Under the pieces are notes generated by a model, which did not search any database, was not told where the DNA came from, and worked only from the letters and a program-made list of their open reading frames with translations. The translations under genes and the position numbers were made by a program. Below, piece by piece: positions 12,500-25,761 of a stretch of DNA of 64,000 bases. Origin of the DNA: Amphiscolops sp. MND2022 (Eukaryota); assembly GCA_964187785.1 (NCBI GenBank), contig OZ076409.1, positions 54,004,001 to 54,068,000 on the forward strand, in the 5' to 3' direction. Position 1 is the first letter of the stretch; each line of letters begins with the position of its first letter.

Positions 12500-15400
12500 A
12501 TTACTGCTTCAGCAATTGGAGGAGAGTCGTTCAATGGCTGTCTATTTTGGTGTTATGGTCGGTGGACCGTCCATGTCTTGGTGCTGTTGTGTCCTTGATG
12601 GTGTCTTTGGTGGTGAAGTTCGTGATCAGCATGATGAGTCTCGCTGTCCGGCTCCGGTATTTCTTCTGTTGCCTCCAGTAGTGACTACAGATTGAGTTCT
12701 TTAGTAATTTTGACCGGCGTAGGCTAGTTTCTTCTGATTATTCCAACTCTTTTTCGATTTTTGTGCTAGAGCTAAAGTTTCTTCTCCCATTTTCAACAGC
12801 ATTAGAGGTTATTTTACCAGTTTTGTTTCTGATGTGAAGTTCACGTCCTGGGTACTGCGCGTCGCTAATTACCTGGTATATGCCGGAATCTGATATTCGG
12901 TCTGTTTTATTGTAATCGTTTATTGTTATCATTTGTTATGTAGTTGTCGGCTTGTGCTTCGGTCATCTTAGCTTCCGAGCCGTATCTCTGGTGACGTTGA
13001 TATAACGTGGTTACCGAAATTTTGTTTACCGGTGATTCTGTGCAGGTTGCCAGTAGCTCGTCTTTCAATAGGTATCTTTCAGCAGTAGCTGGAACCATGT
13101 CTTTATTCTCGCATATCTATCCCGTCCTCTTCTCTTGGTCTGGTGTCACTGTTTTTTGATTCCGGATCAAAAGTCTTAACTGGTTTACGGATAGTTTGAC
13201 GATGAAGTATTTTACTATGGAGGTGATTATTGTGTGTTATGGTACCGTAACGGCTGTTTGTAGTTCCAATTTTCCGTCCAAATGTAACAGAGGAGATAAA
13301 CCATAATCTGTGTTGCGTTTTTGTACAAGTTATGACAAAACGTTTTTATTCCATTTAGTACCACGGCATAATTTAGTAACACGCATTTACATCCATTTAG
13401 TTACACACATTTAGAAACTCCAACTAGTCACCATGGAGCAGTTGGTAGGGCATCTGCCGCGTTACATTTTTAGCGGAAAAACTCCCGGCGCTCAGCGGCT
13501 GAGTTTTTCTCAATATGGGCTTTTAAACATTTCTTTGATGTTTCTTGGTTCAAATTTTTTAAGGAAGTAGTTACTCACCGTTTTTGCTCCTTGTCAATTT
13601 TGTTTTATTGACAGATGGTGGAGGTTACAGCCTTCTCCACTGAATGTGTTAACCTCCTAGGTTCTGGTTTCGCTAAAGAGAGAAGTTTTTGGTTAGCTTT
13701 TTGATTCTGTAAATTTTCAGCATATAACTGAATTCCGCGTTTGATTCTCTACCAAAATAAAGTTCCAATGCTGTTTTCTTTAATCTGGTATGTGGGGTGG
13801 TTCGCATTACCCCCAAGGCTAGATCGAGTGCTTTTCCGAATGATTAGCCTGCTATAAAATTTGTTAGCAGATTTTCTTTTAAACTTCTTCTTCCGGACTC
13901 TACTAAGCCGTTAGAAGTGTGAATATACGGTGTACCGTATATTATTGAAATGGAACTTTTTTGCAGAAACCTTCCAACTAGTTACCACTGAAAGCCGACG
14001 ATTTGTCAGTTCTAATGTTTTGGATAATGCGTTCAATTGAACTTTTTGTTTTGAAATTTTCACTGTCGTTTTTCCGACTGTCGATTTGCACAGACTGGCG
14101 GCCGGCCTTTTACTATACCGGTCACTGGAGAGTAAATTGTAAAATCTGCGGTTCTCTTTCGTGATTGGTCCGATGGAGTCCAATTGGATTTCTTCACAAT
14201 GTGCGCCTTATTGAGGTACGTTGAATAAATGATGCTTATCGGAGCGTTTACACGGTATGCAGCTGTCGCAATAACTTCGGATGGCTTCTGTTAATTTTCG
14301 TCACATGGAATGGTTTGCCACCCAGTCATCTTGTTGATGGTCGGGTGGCTTTCTTGCAGTAAGGTGATGTTAGTGGTTCGGGGGTTAGTGGGGACGATGA
14401 TTGTTTCTTCGATGCCTACTATTCCATTCCTTGTTGATAGCGTTTTTTCTGTAAGTGTTACATTCTTCGAGGATGTTATCGTTTTGTCTTTCCAGACATA
14501 CTAGGGTTTTTAGTAGTTTTGAGTTGTCAGTGGGCTCCGTCATTGATAATTGTAGATCCCTTTCAAAGTATTTTTCAGTTGCCCTGACGGTGTTTTCATT
14601 GTCCCAAGGGTTTGGTTCAATTGCTTGTACCCTCGGAGTGTGGCCCAATTTTATATATTGCACGCTTTTTCCGCCGATGTTATTGCCCCAGTTATCGGTT
14701 GCTGCCCCCAGTACCAACGGCGCTCGCTCTGATCCACTGGAGATTTCTCCTTCTTTCATCGCTATTTCGTCCGATGTGTTTCTGTTACCGGTTGTGCTCT
14801 TGATGGGCCTGGATGATCATCTGTATGTCTCTCTTGCTGGTTTCTGGGTATGAAACCCCTTTCCTAGTGGTAGTTTCGTAGTGAGGTAAACTGCCAATGA
14901 TTGTTGTTTGTTGTATTTTTGTTGATTTGGCCGGTTTCCAACTTCCATGGCCGGTCATTCTAATCGACGGATCTTTTTGAGCCTGCGCGTTTGGGATTTC
15001 TGCTCAATTAACGTTTGATGTTTCCCTGTAGTAACGTTTTCCTGTAGTAACCTTCTAGATGTTTTCCGATATAGTTTACGTTTAATTGTGAAATACGGTA
15101 ATCGGTCCAATCAGCGCGTTAGGCGTGCGCTGTAAGATTTCTTTGAAAGATTGCATTTAAGTAGGAGTGCTACTGCTTGGTAATCCGTGAGCAAATTTAT
15201 GGGTTCATCGTAAATGTAAATGCGGAAATGTTCTAGTCCCTGAACAACTGCCAACATTTCCATTTCTTTTAATGCAGATATCTTTGCAGAAATCTGCTTG
15301 ATTTGCTTGGTTACAGAAATCTGCCAGCGGAAACTAATGGTTTAAGGTCACCGTTTGCTTGTTCTTGCTTGAGTGTTGCCCCTTGACTTTTTGTTTTGTG

Positions 15401-15950
15401 TCCGTGGTTACTGTCCGTGTGCGGTCGACTGGAGCTAAAGTGTGCCTATCGCGGTATTTCCGTAGTTTTTTTAATTGGGTAAACGCTTCTGAATGTTCCG
15501 TTGTAAAATTCCAATTGTTTTTCTTTTTTACTATTTGTCTCAGTAAATTAGTTTGTGTTGCCACACTTTGTGTCTATTTTAGCAGAAACTGAATTGCCCC
15601 CAAAAAACTCCAGTTTTTTTTGTTTTCGGTTCTTTTAACTTTTGTATTGGTTTTATTCTGTTTTGTAACGGTCTGATACCGTTTTGATCCGTTTTGTGCC
15701 CTACACACTCCATTTCAGATATTCAAAATTCTGTTTTGTTTTTGCTGAGTCTATATCTTGAGTTTTCTAGTTCTGTAAACTATTCTAGTAATTCACGTTC
15801 ATGTTCGTCTTTTGTCCCTTTTGTGACTACCAATATGTCGTCTAGCCACGCGGAGTGTTTTTTCTCCAGTGTTTGGACAACCTTTTATTCCAGGAAAAAG
15901 TTGTCCAAACAGGTTGTTCAAAGCCAGATGCTGTACAAAAAGTTGAAAAC
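12500..15950 (-). pseudogene. pol: Heavily decayed Ty3/Gypsy pol (RT-RNaseH-integrase)
   Basis: WLDDILVVTKG (RT YxDD-like, ~15815-15848). LLRQIVKKKNNWNFTTEHSEAFTQLK (RT/RH connection, 15334-15564). DSIGPI...LLSSDRYSK (integrase core start, 13911-14183). Many stops and frameshifts. Confidence 0.75.
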
Positions 15951-16559
15951 ATCCTAATACAAGAATTGTCGATGCATGAAAGTGGTGCGGATTTCAAACC
16001 GTTTTTCTTCAGGAACGAAAATTCAGGACATCATATACTGAAAAGAAGTAGAACAAGAGACACAGTGGCACTATAAATATTTCTTAGACTGTCGCAAGAC
16101 GCCTTTAGGAAAAAATCGGACACTTTCAAACCTTTACTATTTGAAAACAAAATTAACGGAATAACCACAACTAAAAATGCCTCTAAGCATACGCATTTAT
16201 TTAGATGCTGAGAAAAATCGTGGCGAGGTATTTCAGGCTCAAGAACGTTTTCTCTAACGAGCTAAAAAAACATCTATAACAAAAACCTCTGGTAATATAA
16301 AAACTTTTTGAAAAAAGCTGCACAGAGCCAAACTTACAATTTGCTCGAAAACCAGATTTTTCAAACTGAAAACGTCAAAACAAGAAACAGAGATCCTCTA
16401 GTGAGATGAAAAAACTTCAATGAAAAAGTGTGGAAAAACATTTGTCAAAAAAGCCAGAAAATCTGCATAAATTAGGTTACAAACAATTTTTCGATATAGT
16501 AATTAACAGCTAATTTCGACGGAGATTTTAACAGAGCGTCAGGCAGCACCCATTGGACT

Positions 16560-17500
16560 ACATCGATACCGTCGAATGACTATACATAAATGAGCGAGGT
16601 AAACTACCCATCAGCTGGATTGGGGATTGGATGTGCAAACGAAAATTGCCGAAATAGCCTCAGGAAAAAAATCAGTGTGAATTTGTAGTGGAGGTAATAT
16701 TAACGCACGTAAAAATTACAAGTGACGTCAACTTATCCCAAATTAATACTTCGAAAGAATTTTAATCAGATAACAGGAGATCGATCGGAACAGAGATAGA
16801 TCGGAACAAGGTTGAAACAACTAACTCGAAAAAAAGATAGTTTTGTCATTCAAAAGCAACAGAAAGTCAAAAATGAAAGGACACAATACAGCATTAGATG
16901 TAGAAAATATCCACGCAAAAACGTAGGTCATGCGAAGGGGGAATGTTCGAATTGGGGAAAATTGAGAAACTTCGAAAAAAAATGTGGAGCAACAAATAGC
17001 GAAGCAAGTAATAGCAGTGGCGATGACTGGTTGCCGGATAAAAAAAACACACAAAAAAATACAAAATGACGGAAAGAGACAACCGTATTTTATCATCACG
17101 GTAATGCTCGAAACCCAACCAAGGAATATATTCATAGACGGTGGCTCAAGGAACTCTACATTTCAGCAGAACTCATTCAAAAACGTGTCTCGAATTCAGC
17201 GTTTAGAAACAGAATATCGAGATGTCAACGCCAGGAGAAATAATTTCAGAGGAGAAATACTGGTCAAAAATACTGGGATAAATCAACTGTATGAGAGAAT
17301 ATGCAACTACTGTTTTTCACGTTAGTGAGTTCAGATTGGATAAACTCCATGGGTATTTCCTAAATTAGGGCACGTTACAGTATTTTGATCAAACACATCG
17401 GAATACTCTCGATCTCTTGAGGAAAAATTCAGGAAACTATTTCCAGAAACATCGAACAATTTTCGAAACATAGTTAGACATGCCAATAAAAGACGAATTT
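16560..17500 (+). pseudogene. Decayed Gypsy gag-protease fragment
   Basis: Degenerate zinc-knuckle-like GHAKGECSNWGKLRNFEKKC (16812-17069) followed by IFIDGGS (aspartic protease D-S/T-G-like, 16984-17325). Confidence 0.5.
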
Positions 17501-17559
17501 AACCTGATATTTATAAAAATGTATATATATGTAAATATGAAGTTCAGTTTTGGATTTTC

Positions 17560-18360
17560 TCTATCTGAGTAGTGTTTCAAGATGTGGTTTAGTAATGACG
17601 AATTCTTTCAGTTCTCTAGTCAAAACGTCCACAGTCGATGATGAAATTGCCCAGAATCGCCATTCAGTCTACCAAAAAATTATAGTCTTTGTTAGGTGGG
17701 GTGAGCGATACTGGTCAAATTGGGGGCAGAAGAACAGATAGTGGGCGACAGATTCGGTATCATTTCGGCACTGGCAGAGCGGAGACTCAGATCTCCAGAT
17801 GTTATAGGCATATTCTGCCAGTTCGACGTTACAATTCAAGAGTAGCTTGTTTATTGTTAGCTCCAGTTTCCTGTTTATATGTTTGGGGAAAGTTATCCCC
17901 TCCAACTCGATTTCATTGATGAAAGGGTCCAAAGGGTTGTTCGTAAAGGGGCTTCTGAAGTTGTTGTTCCATCTTTTCCTAACCTACGAGAGACACAATT
18001 TCAGAGCCTTGTGCTGTAGTTTGTTTAGAGCCTGCAGATGTTTCCTTGCCCATACTGGGGCAGCGTAAAGCATTTGTGGAAGTATTAATGTTTTGTAGAG
18101 CTCGAGCTCTATGAGCGTCGCGTGCATCAGTCCTCAGTTCGAGCCACATTGTCTTTTAAGATATTCATCTGTTTTGCAATTTTGCCTTCCATTTCATGAA
18201 AGTGATCGTTAGAGTTAAGTTGGCTGTCTATCGTGTGCTTATAAGTCCCAGACTTATGTTGCTTCGAGTAATTTTGCAGAGTTTACCGATAAACTTCAAG
18301 TCGGGAACGTTCTCGGAGCTCACATAGATTACTGAAGTATTTTCGCCGCTCACTTGCTAA
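17560..18360 (-). mobile_element. 3' fragment of a non-LTR retrotransposon (LINE) ORF2
   Basis: LYKTLILPQMLYAAPVW (~18051-18101) and C-terminal CCHC CQCRNDTESVAHYLFFCPQF (17669-17932 ORF). Confidence 0.75.
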
Positions 18361-18499
18361 AGTCTTTTCGCCGCTCACTAAGGAACCCTTTAAAAAGATT
18401 TTTTGTTTTTTGAGGGGTAGAAATTTGACGTTTTTGTATATCTAAACACAAAACTGAGAGCATAAATAGAAAACGTTATTTCATTTGTGAATGAGATCA

Positions 18500-19560
18500 A
18501 ATATTTCACCATTGGCAAAACTGTAGAGATCTGCAATTTAATGATAAAAACTTTAAAATTGTTCTCTGTCCGTTTCGCATATCATTTTGTTCGAAGGTAA
18601 AAACGCCCCACTTGCTGAGCAGAACTTTAATTAGAATTATTGCACGAGAACCTAGCTTTTTCTAGGGAGGTTCCAAATGTGTAGACTTCTATTTCTTGTC
18701 TGTTTTGAGTACCAATGCTTTGTTTTTTGAAACCATTTCGAATCTGGTTAGAGAAACACTTGCGAATCTCTTAGACATGATACTCAAATACTGTTCTAAT
18801 TTTTAGATCTTAGATTTTTTGTAGCGCTGGTCCTGGTAGCAAGCCTTCAGGCTATCCTTACATTTTTTTTGAATTGTGAAAAACTTGAGCAGTTTCGTCT
18901 TTGGGCCTAACTCATGGAAAGAACGCCATATTGAAAAAGAGGTGACATATGTGTTCGAATGTATTGAAATGAATAATTGTCCTTAGTTCAACATTGCCTT
19001 TAACTTCTAAAGAATACCGCTGTATGGTTAGAGTTCAGCAGTAAGATAGTTTTTGTGTTTTTGAAAGTTCATTTTTTGTCGAATTGTATGCAGAAGTGTT
19101 TGTAACTTTCCCAGAAGGAATTTTCATGGTCACCAAAAACTACGTTTGGATGTTTTACTGATCTCATCCCTTAAACGTTTTAGTATGAATACAATCCTAG
19201 CTATGTATATTCGTCCAGTTTCAAAAGACATTTTTATTTTCGGATTAAGAGTTTAGTTTCTCTGTCATAACTGGTTCACCAGGGTACTTTATTTTTCCAA
19301 CATGCCAATTTTCAAATTTTCATGTGTATCCAGATCATTAATAAAACCCAGAAACAAAAGAGGACCTAGTATAGAACCATGCGTTCCTTCCGGTTTTAAT
19401 AATTTCGTGGTTGAACCTTTATGTTAAATTTCGACGTACTAAAACTTGTTTGACAACTAATTTGTCAAGAATTTATAATGAAATACCTCTGACACTGACA
19501 TGATTAAAGTTTTCTTAGAAAACATCATGATCAACTGCATCAAAGTCTCTTCCTGAAGTC
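18500..19560 (-). mobile_element. Decayed LINE reverse-transcriptase fragment (CR1/L2-like)
   Basis: GTHGSILGPLLFLGFINDL at ~19331-19387 matches the LINE RT motif GVPQGSILGPLLFxxxINDL. Boundaries approximate. Confidence 0.65.
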
Positions 19561-19599
19561 TACAAAAATGATATTTTTTAAATTTGGACTTCCAGTTTT

Positions 19600-19885
19600 C
19601 TTTTATTTGTTTTTTTCCACCCACGTAAACGGGGAGGAGAATCATGATCTGTGATGCGTTTTTGTTTTACTAATTCTGCCGAAACTCCACTTTATCTCCA
19701 CTCCATTTATTCAATTATGTTGGTTCCGTCAGATTGTAGGTCCTGGGTTCGCACCCCGGCTGGTGCTTGATTTTTTTTGTTTCCCAGCCAGTAGGTCATT
19801 TGTTCAAACCTCTCCTTCGCCATACTTTTTTTGCAATAAGCGTGTCGCGGATAATATCTCGATGCTTAGCGGGCGTCCTGTTTAA
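19600..19885 (+). repeat. SINE-like repeat with a tRNA B-box-like motif; inverted relative at ~6440-6600 plus 7436-7490
   Basis: GGTTCGCACCCC at 19746. 19618-19665 resembles the reverse complement of 7436-7488. 19845-19883 resembles the reverse complement of ACAAGACGCCCGCT...ATTTTCCGC at ~6555 (also ~205 and ~3135). Confidence 0.5.
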
Positions 19886-20546
19886 AAAGCGATGTTGAAG
19901 CTTGGAAAGAATCTTTCTTTTTTCTGAAGCCGTCGTGAGTTTCTCAAAGGGTTGCAAATTTTTCAAAATAGTTCAATTTTTTTCATGTACTACTTTCTCT
20001 AAAAGCTTTGATAAGTTACCCAGAATTGAAACTGGTATGGTATCTGAGGATAACTTTTCCCGCATTTTGAGGACTGGTACTAAATATGAAGTTTTCATTC
20101 TTTCAGCAAAAACGACTATAGATATGTATTTGTCGGAAGGCACTTTTCAAAAACAGATTAACAATTTGGCCTTTTTTTTCAAATTTTGACATCTAAAAAA
20201 TCAAGTCAATATTTCTTCTGTTTTTCAATGGTTAAAGATGTTTCAAAATTCCATCAGCAGTAACCGGAAGGAGAAATAATGATTGTAGTTGATCAACTTG
20301 CTGAAATTTCCGTTCGTGAGCTACTATGTGTTTTGTGGTGTCAGCAGCAGTTTTGAAGTATTTGTGGATATCTCCAACAGGTAGATCATTACAATTGGTC
20401 GCCAGGTTGTGGGCTCCTTTCATTTTTTCAAATTATCTTGAAAAATTTTTGGTACTTTTTTGATCAACTTTGGTTTGAACATCAATCCGTTTCGCCTTTT
20501 AAATTCCAATATTAACTTCCTTCGTTTCTTTTCATCACGATAGATA

Positions 20547-21473
20547 TGCCGCAACGACCAGGCAAGATCGTGCTAGTACGATCAACAGCCAATAGAAACG
20601 CGTTATTATTTCTGATACGCGTTACGAGTTTTGCTCGTTACACTGTGTGATTTGGCGTTACGCCCAGTGATCAAATTACAGTAAATGACTACTTTACACT
20701 CTCTACAATTACGTACTTTGACTGGTTTCCCCTTCAAACACGAAGACGGAAATAGATTGTTTTACACATTAACCTGGTACCCATTTCGACTGGATTTCAC
20801 TTTCAAAGTGAAAAACAATCAAGGTGTGTAAGTTAGTGATACCTTTGACTGTTTTCCGCTCTGGAGCATTAGTTGTTTTCTTTCAAACCTGGTACACATT
20901 TTGACTGGAATTCACTTTGGCAAAGTGTGTAAGTTAGTGACACCCGAATATGTGTTACAAATAGGACGCTTACCATTCGGATGAATCTGGGACAACCGCC
21001 CAGTAACTCGACTAAAATACTCAATTATGTGAAAGTATTTCAACACAAGATGTTCAATGGTTCAGTTGAATGTGATTGAAATGATGTGTTCAATTTGTTT
21101 CAGCCGTGGATATTCCACTAAGTGATCAACTTGAGGAAGTTCTACACAACCAGACTACGAATCTAGACAATAGTTCGATGGAATGGCGAACAAGATGGGC
21201 ACTAATTTCTAAATACTCGAAAATGAATTCTAGTGAACATTGACTAATTTACGCTTTACACATGTTACGGAATTGAGCCAATTGTAGGTTGAAATTCTTG
21301 ACTGGTTTCCACTTTTCTCTAATTACGCTCAATGACCACAATCCGCAATTTCTGATTACACTGTGCATTGAAATTCACAATAAACACATTGCACTGTTTG
21401 ACTAGAATACTGTTCGTTCTCGTTTTACGGAAAATACACTTTACACTTGAAGATAAATTCTACTTTTGCCGCA
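20547..21473. mobile_element. Possible solo LTR
   Basis: TGCCGCA...TGCCGCA ends (TG..CA), internal repeated TGACTGG motifs, CCAAT box and AATAAA. No convincing TSD. Confidence 0.35.
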
Positions 21474-21779
21474 TATGTATCGTAAAGTTGTTTTTGGATT
21501 TCTCGTAATCTTTATTTGAGTTGTTTTAATCTATAGTTGGTATATGCCTCATAATACGATTTGTTATCCATGATTTTTTGGGTTCAGGTCATTTCCTTTG
21601 TTTAACGGGACATCCTTATTTCTTGACTCCTGGATTACATGCGCGATTTCGAAAAAATATGATTCGGCAACAATATTGTGTTCATCAATTTTATCCAGAG
21701 AATGACTCACATGAGAGAGGGACTTTTCACATTGAATAGGGTCTTCTAATATTTCCAAGGAACGATATTCAAAAAGTTT

Positions 21780-22399
21780 TCTGCAAATTCATGATGTATA
21801 TTAAAAGATACTTGTGATCTATAATGATCAGAGAAATTAGTTGTTTTATTTGGCCTAATTGAATTGAAATATTGCTGTATAAAGAGTCTATACATGTACT
21901 AGATCTAGCTGTTGCTCAGTTCTCGCAAGCTAACCAAATCCAAACCTGTCATCAACTTTTCTAACTTTGTTCGCGCTGCGAGGTTTTCGTTCAACAAGTC
22001 AATATTAAAGTCGCCGCTAGCTAAGTGCATAGCATCATCATTTTTGGCAACACTTCTTCAACATGCTCTAGATTCTGATTTCTATTCCTGGAAGGTTCAT
22101 AATGAAAACAATTAATTTTCATTTTCAATTTTTTTGCGGAGTCAATATTTTTCACGGATAATATCTCAATATTTTCATCAGTGTGTTATCGAACAAATAG
22201 GTGCAATGGCAAAAGTGTCACACTCATTTTAAGTAAGCTGTCCACATTTGAAAGATCTAGCCCAAAATTGGAGTTCCTGATTGGAAGAAACAAAATGTTC
22301 AACAATAAACACGTTTTTAACATACCTTGAACGCGGTGTCTTTCTTTTCGATCATCTTGTTGATTTATGTTTCTCACAAATCATGATTTATTGGACAAT
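21780..22399 (-). mobile_element. Decayed LINE APE-endonuclease fragment; target of the element A insertion
   Basis: SGDFNIDLL (GDFN at 22004-22015) followed downstream by NFSDHY (SDH, ~21820-21840). Confidence 0.6.
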
Positions 22400-22404
22400 A
22401 CACT

Positions 22405-24591
22405 AGTCGAACCCCACTCTGTGGGTCGGCTTTGAAGAACTTTGCGATGACGAAGGTAAGTTATTTTCGTCATTTTTACCAATAACTGCCATTAATAAGT
22501 TCTTCAGTTGACTAAATTCGCTTTGTAACTCATTTATCTTCCTCTCATAGTTCTCTTTTATTTCAGACAACTGGGACGAGATATCTGAAGCCTCATTGGT
22601 GTCAGAATCGTTGGAGGATGTTTGAGCCATATCCGGATCTGCTGGTGAAGGCGTTTCTAATGAAGAATTAATGATTTTACCGTTTCTAAGCTCCGTACCT
22701 TGATCCGGGTTCATATAGACAAGTGAAAAGAATTATGAGTGAAGACTGGATTATCTGAGATGTTGTTTCAATGTATTTTTGCTGATTTAACTGAATATTC
22801 GATCTCAAATTCACTAATCTGAAACTGAGATGTTTTAGAAAGAAGTCGTACAAATAAGTAAGCAGTTAGGTAAGGAGAAGGAAAACTAGCAAGATATTTA
22901 GAAGGAGTTCATCCAATTTTTATCGCAGTCGTAGATGTACCAAGAAGTTACTCAGTTTAAATTCCTCAATTTCTGAAGATGAAATAGAGATGTGTTTTTC
23001 TGACTTTCGCGTGTTTTAATATCTCACTGATCGGTAGCTTGTCGGTATTCGGGCTGAGTAATATTTTATGGCGGCCCAAATTACAGCAGTTCACGTGTCT
23101 TTTCGGTTGGTAAGACGCTAAACCTCTTACCAACCTTCTCTCATTGGCTGTTACCAGCTGGTGTTAAAATGGTAAGTCACGTGACCAGTGTTGTGAACTG
23201 CCGCAAAGTGGCCACGCACCATGGTACATCTACATGTGTTAATGGTGTTTAGTCATCAATTTACAATGTCGCAATTGCCTGCACTATAGTAACTGGTTTC
23301 TATAGTAACTAAAATGGACTCAAATCATTCAATAACGCACTAATTTCAAGCAAATTTAAGGTAAAGCACACTTTGGGATGGGAAAACGATGTTTTCCGCT
23401 GATTCTAGCACCAAAATCAATGATTTAAAACTTGAAGATGGAAATGCGATGAACTTGTAAGAATATTTGCTGATTTCCAAGTATAGTTTAGCTCTGGATG
23501 AAAATGCGATGAATGGTAGTCTTTCTCGCTCGGCAATCTACACAATTCAAACTGACGATGACAAAAGGATGAACTCCATGCATAATTTGCCAATTTCCAG
23601 CACAGATTCAAATGACGATGAATTAGGGATGAATTCAGTCGATAAACGCTAATTCTAGTACAGGAGAATTTTGGCGATGAGTTTAGGATGAACTTGTCAG
23701 TTAAAACAGCAAATACCAAAGCAGTACAAATTGGCGATGAGTTTAGGATGAACTCACCCACTAAAATGGTTAATTTTCAGCACAAACGAAATCAAGATGA
23801 ATTGAGGATGGGTTTACTAAACAAATCAGATAACCAGCACTTTCACTCTTTTTTAGGATGAATTAAGGATGTACTTTCTCATTTCTCTTCTGTACTAGTG
23901 AACGCGATGAATAAAGGATGGACTACTGTTCTTTAGAAATGAGAAGCACATTCAGGAATTACTAAATGAAATAATCACGATGAATTAAAGATGAGTTTTA
24001 CTAGAATAAGTCCCATAAAATCCGTTGATGGATTTCTGATGAAAGTCAGTTTAAAGTCCCATGTTTTGTTCACTCGCAAACTTTAAGGATGGGATTGCGA
24101 TGAACTTTGGTTAAAAACACCGTTGAACCCGCTGATGGATCCAAGTGAAATTTCTGATCAGATCAAAATCGTCATCAAATTCGACGATGAATTTGTGATG
24201 AATTTAATGGAATTTGTCACAACTACATACTCTGAGGCGGGGAGTTAGTAGAAGTTATATTTTCCATTACTTCCATTATTCCTCGGTCCAGTCTGATCGG
24301 AAAACTTCTCTCCCTTGTCGTGACAAACCAATATTTATGAAATATAGCACATTCAAGGCCAGATTCTGGCAAGATCATTTATGCGGACACCGGAACTAGA
24401 GCGCTCAGTATTAAGTAAATATATATAACTCACACTCAGGGGGAAAGGGATTAAGGTACAAGTAACGTAGAGTTGCTCACAACCATGGCTCTTATTATAT
24501 GACATCATATTGCCCATATCTAAGTACATAAGACATAATATTTACATTACAGATATTTAGTAGATTATATTTCCATCATGCTGGCATGACA
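22405..24591 (-). repeat. Element A 3' LTR (2187 bp)
   Basis: Direct repeat of 38854-41037, roughly 99% identical by eye. Minus-strand termini TGTCATG...TTCGACT. Contains the 103-aa Gag N-terminal copy (22403-22714). Confidence 0.97.
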
Positions 24592-25003
24592 CTCCCCGGG
24601 GCGGGATTTTGGACTGAGAGTGCAGGGGCCAAATGTGCAGAGGATGGTTGTCTCGGCGTTGGCTTCGACTGGTCCTTCGTTTGGTTGGGGAGAAAATATC
24701 CTTCGTTAGTTCTGAATTGGCATATCCTTCGTTTGTTCTGTCCTGTGTGAACCTTCTCTGAGAAGAGGATTTCCGGCTATCGTCATGTCTGGCTTTTTCT
24801 GGGTGATTTCGGTTAAAGAATTTCGACGCGGCAACTCTAATTCTTGGCCCATCGAATGTCCGCTGATCTGCATTTAATTGGTTGTCATGCTTTTGGTGGG
24901 AGCTCGGTATGTCGATTGTTTCGGTGGAAATCTCGATTTCCTGGTGAAAAGACTTCCCCAGGTCGCCTACGCTAAGTAAACATTCTGCTAGCTTCGTTGA
25001 CAA
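24557..25003 (-). CDS. Putative sense-strand accessory ORF running into the element A 3' LTR
   Basis: 148-codon open frame crossing the internal/LTR junction at 24591, positionally equivalent to 45115-45900 in element B. No in-frame ATG. Confidence 0.3.
   Translation of the reverse strand: MSTKLAECLLSVGDLGKSFHQEIEISTETIDIPSSHQKHDNQLNADQRTFDGPRIRVAASKFFNRNHPEKARHDDSRKSSSQRRFTQDRTNEGYANSELTKDIFSPTKRRTSRSQRRDNHPLHIWPLHSQSKIPPRGVSCQHDGNIIY
24592..24608 (-). promoter_or_regulatory. Atypical short polypurine-tract position of element A
   Basis: Minus strand AATCCCGCCCCGGGGAG directly precedes the TG of the 3' LTR; only the last 6 nt are purines. Confidence 0.45.
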
Positions 25004-25761
25004 TTTGTCAGTAAATCGGCGCCATTTCCTGTCTGCTGAAGTTTCTTGAGATGAATGAACGATGAATTGTTTACTCAGCGAGACATCGATGTTGACTTAG
25101 CAGACGGCTGGCGCCGCCACTCTGTCAATTTCCGCGATAAGAAAGAGATGAACTGTCGTCATAGCAACCGTCGCTGTCGCTTCCGCTGTCTGATTTTCTC
25201 AGCGATGAGAAAGAGATGAAATCGTCGCCATAGCAACTACTGCTAAATTCTGATTGGCTAGAAACTGAACTTTCTGAACTGAAGGAAATTCAACCGGTTG
25301 TTAACAAACAATCTCATCCTTGAATCATCCTCCGTCAAGCCGTTTTGAAAATCGCCACGATTTCCTTTGCGCGTTTTCCGCTCAACTTCGTCGCTATTGA
25401 ATTCGAGACTGGCAGCTGTCGTCAAATCAAATACTTGAAGCTTTTGTAGTCAAATTCTGGGGGGCGATTCGTTTTCAGAGAAAATTGTCAAGTTGGTTGA
25501 ATTGGGAAGAAAAATGTAGACAGTCATCGAAATCGGAGAGTCTTCATCGATTTTTCATCTTTTGAATTTCAAGTATTTGGTTTTGTCCTGGCACTCAAGC
25601 TGCATCCGCGCTCTTTGAAGTTTTCCGTGAATTCGTATTTCGTAATCATGGTTGATCAGGCCATTTAATTACTGATCAAATTCTTGTCCTCAGATTCTTC
25701 GATTTCTTTCCCTTCTTCACTTTCTTCCATTCCTTTTCAGATTGTTTGCAAATCTACAGCG

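Noticed and set aside
19730..19770. tRNA gene
   Set aside because: Only a B-box/T-arm-like segment; no full cloverleaf, so treated as SINE-like.
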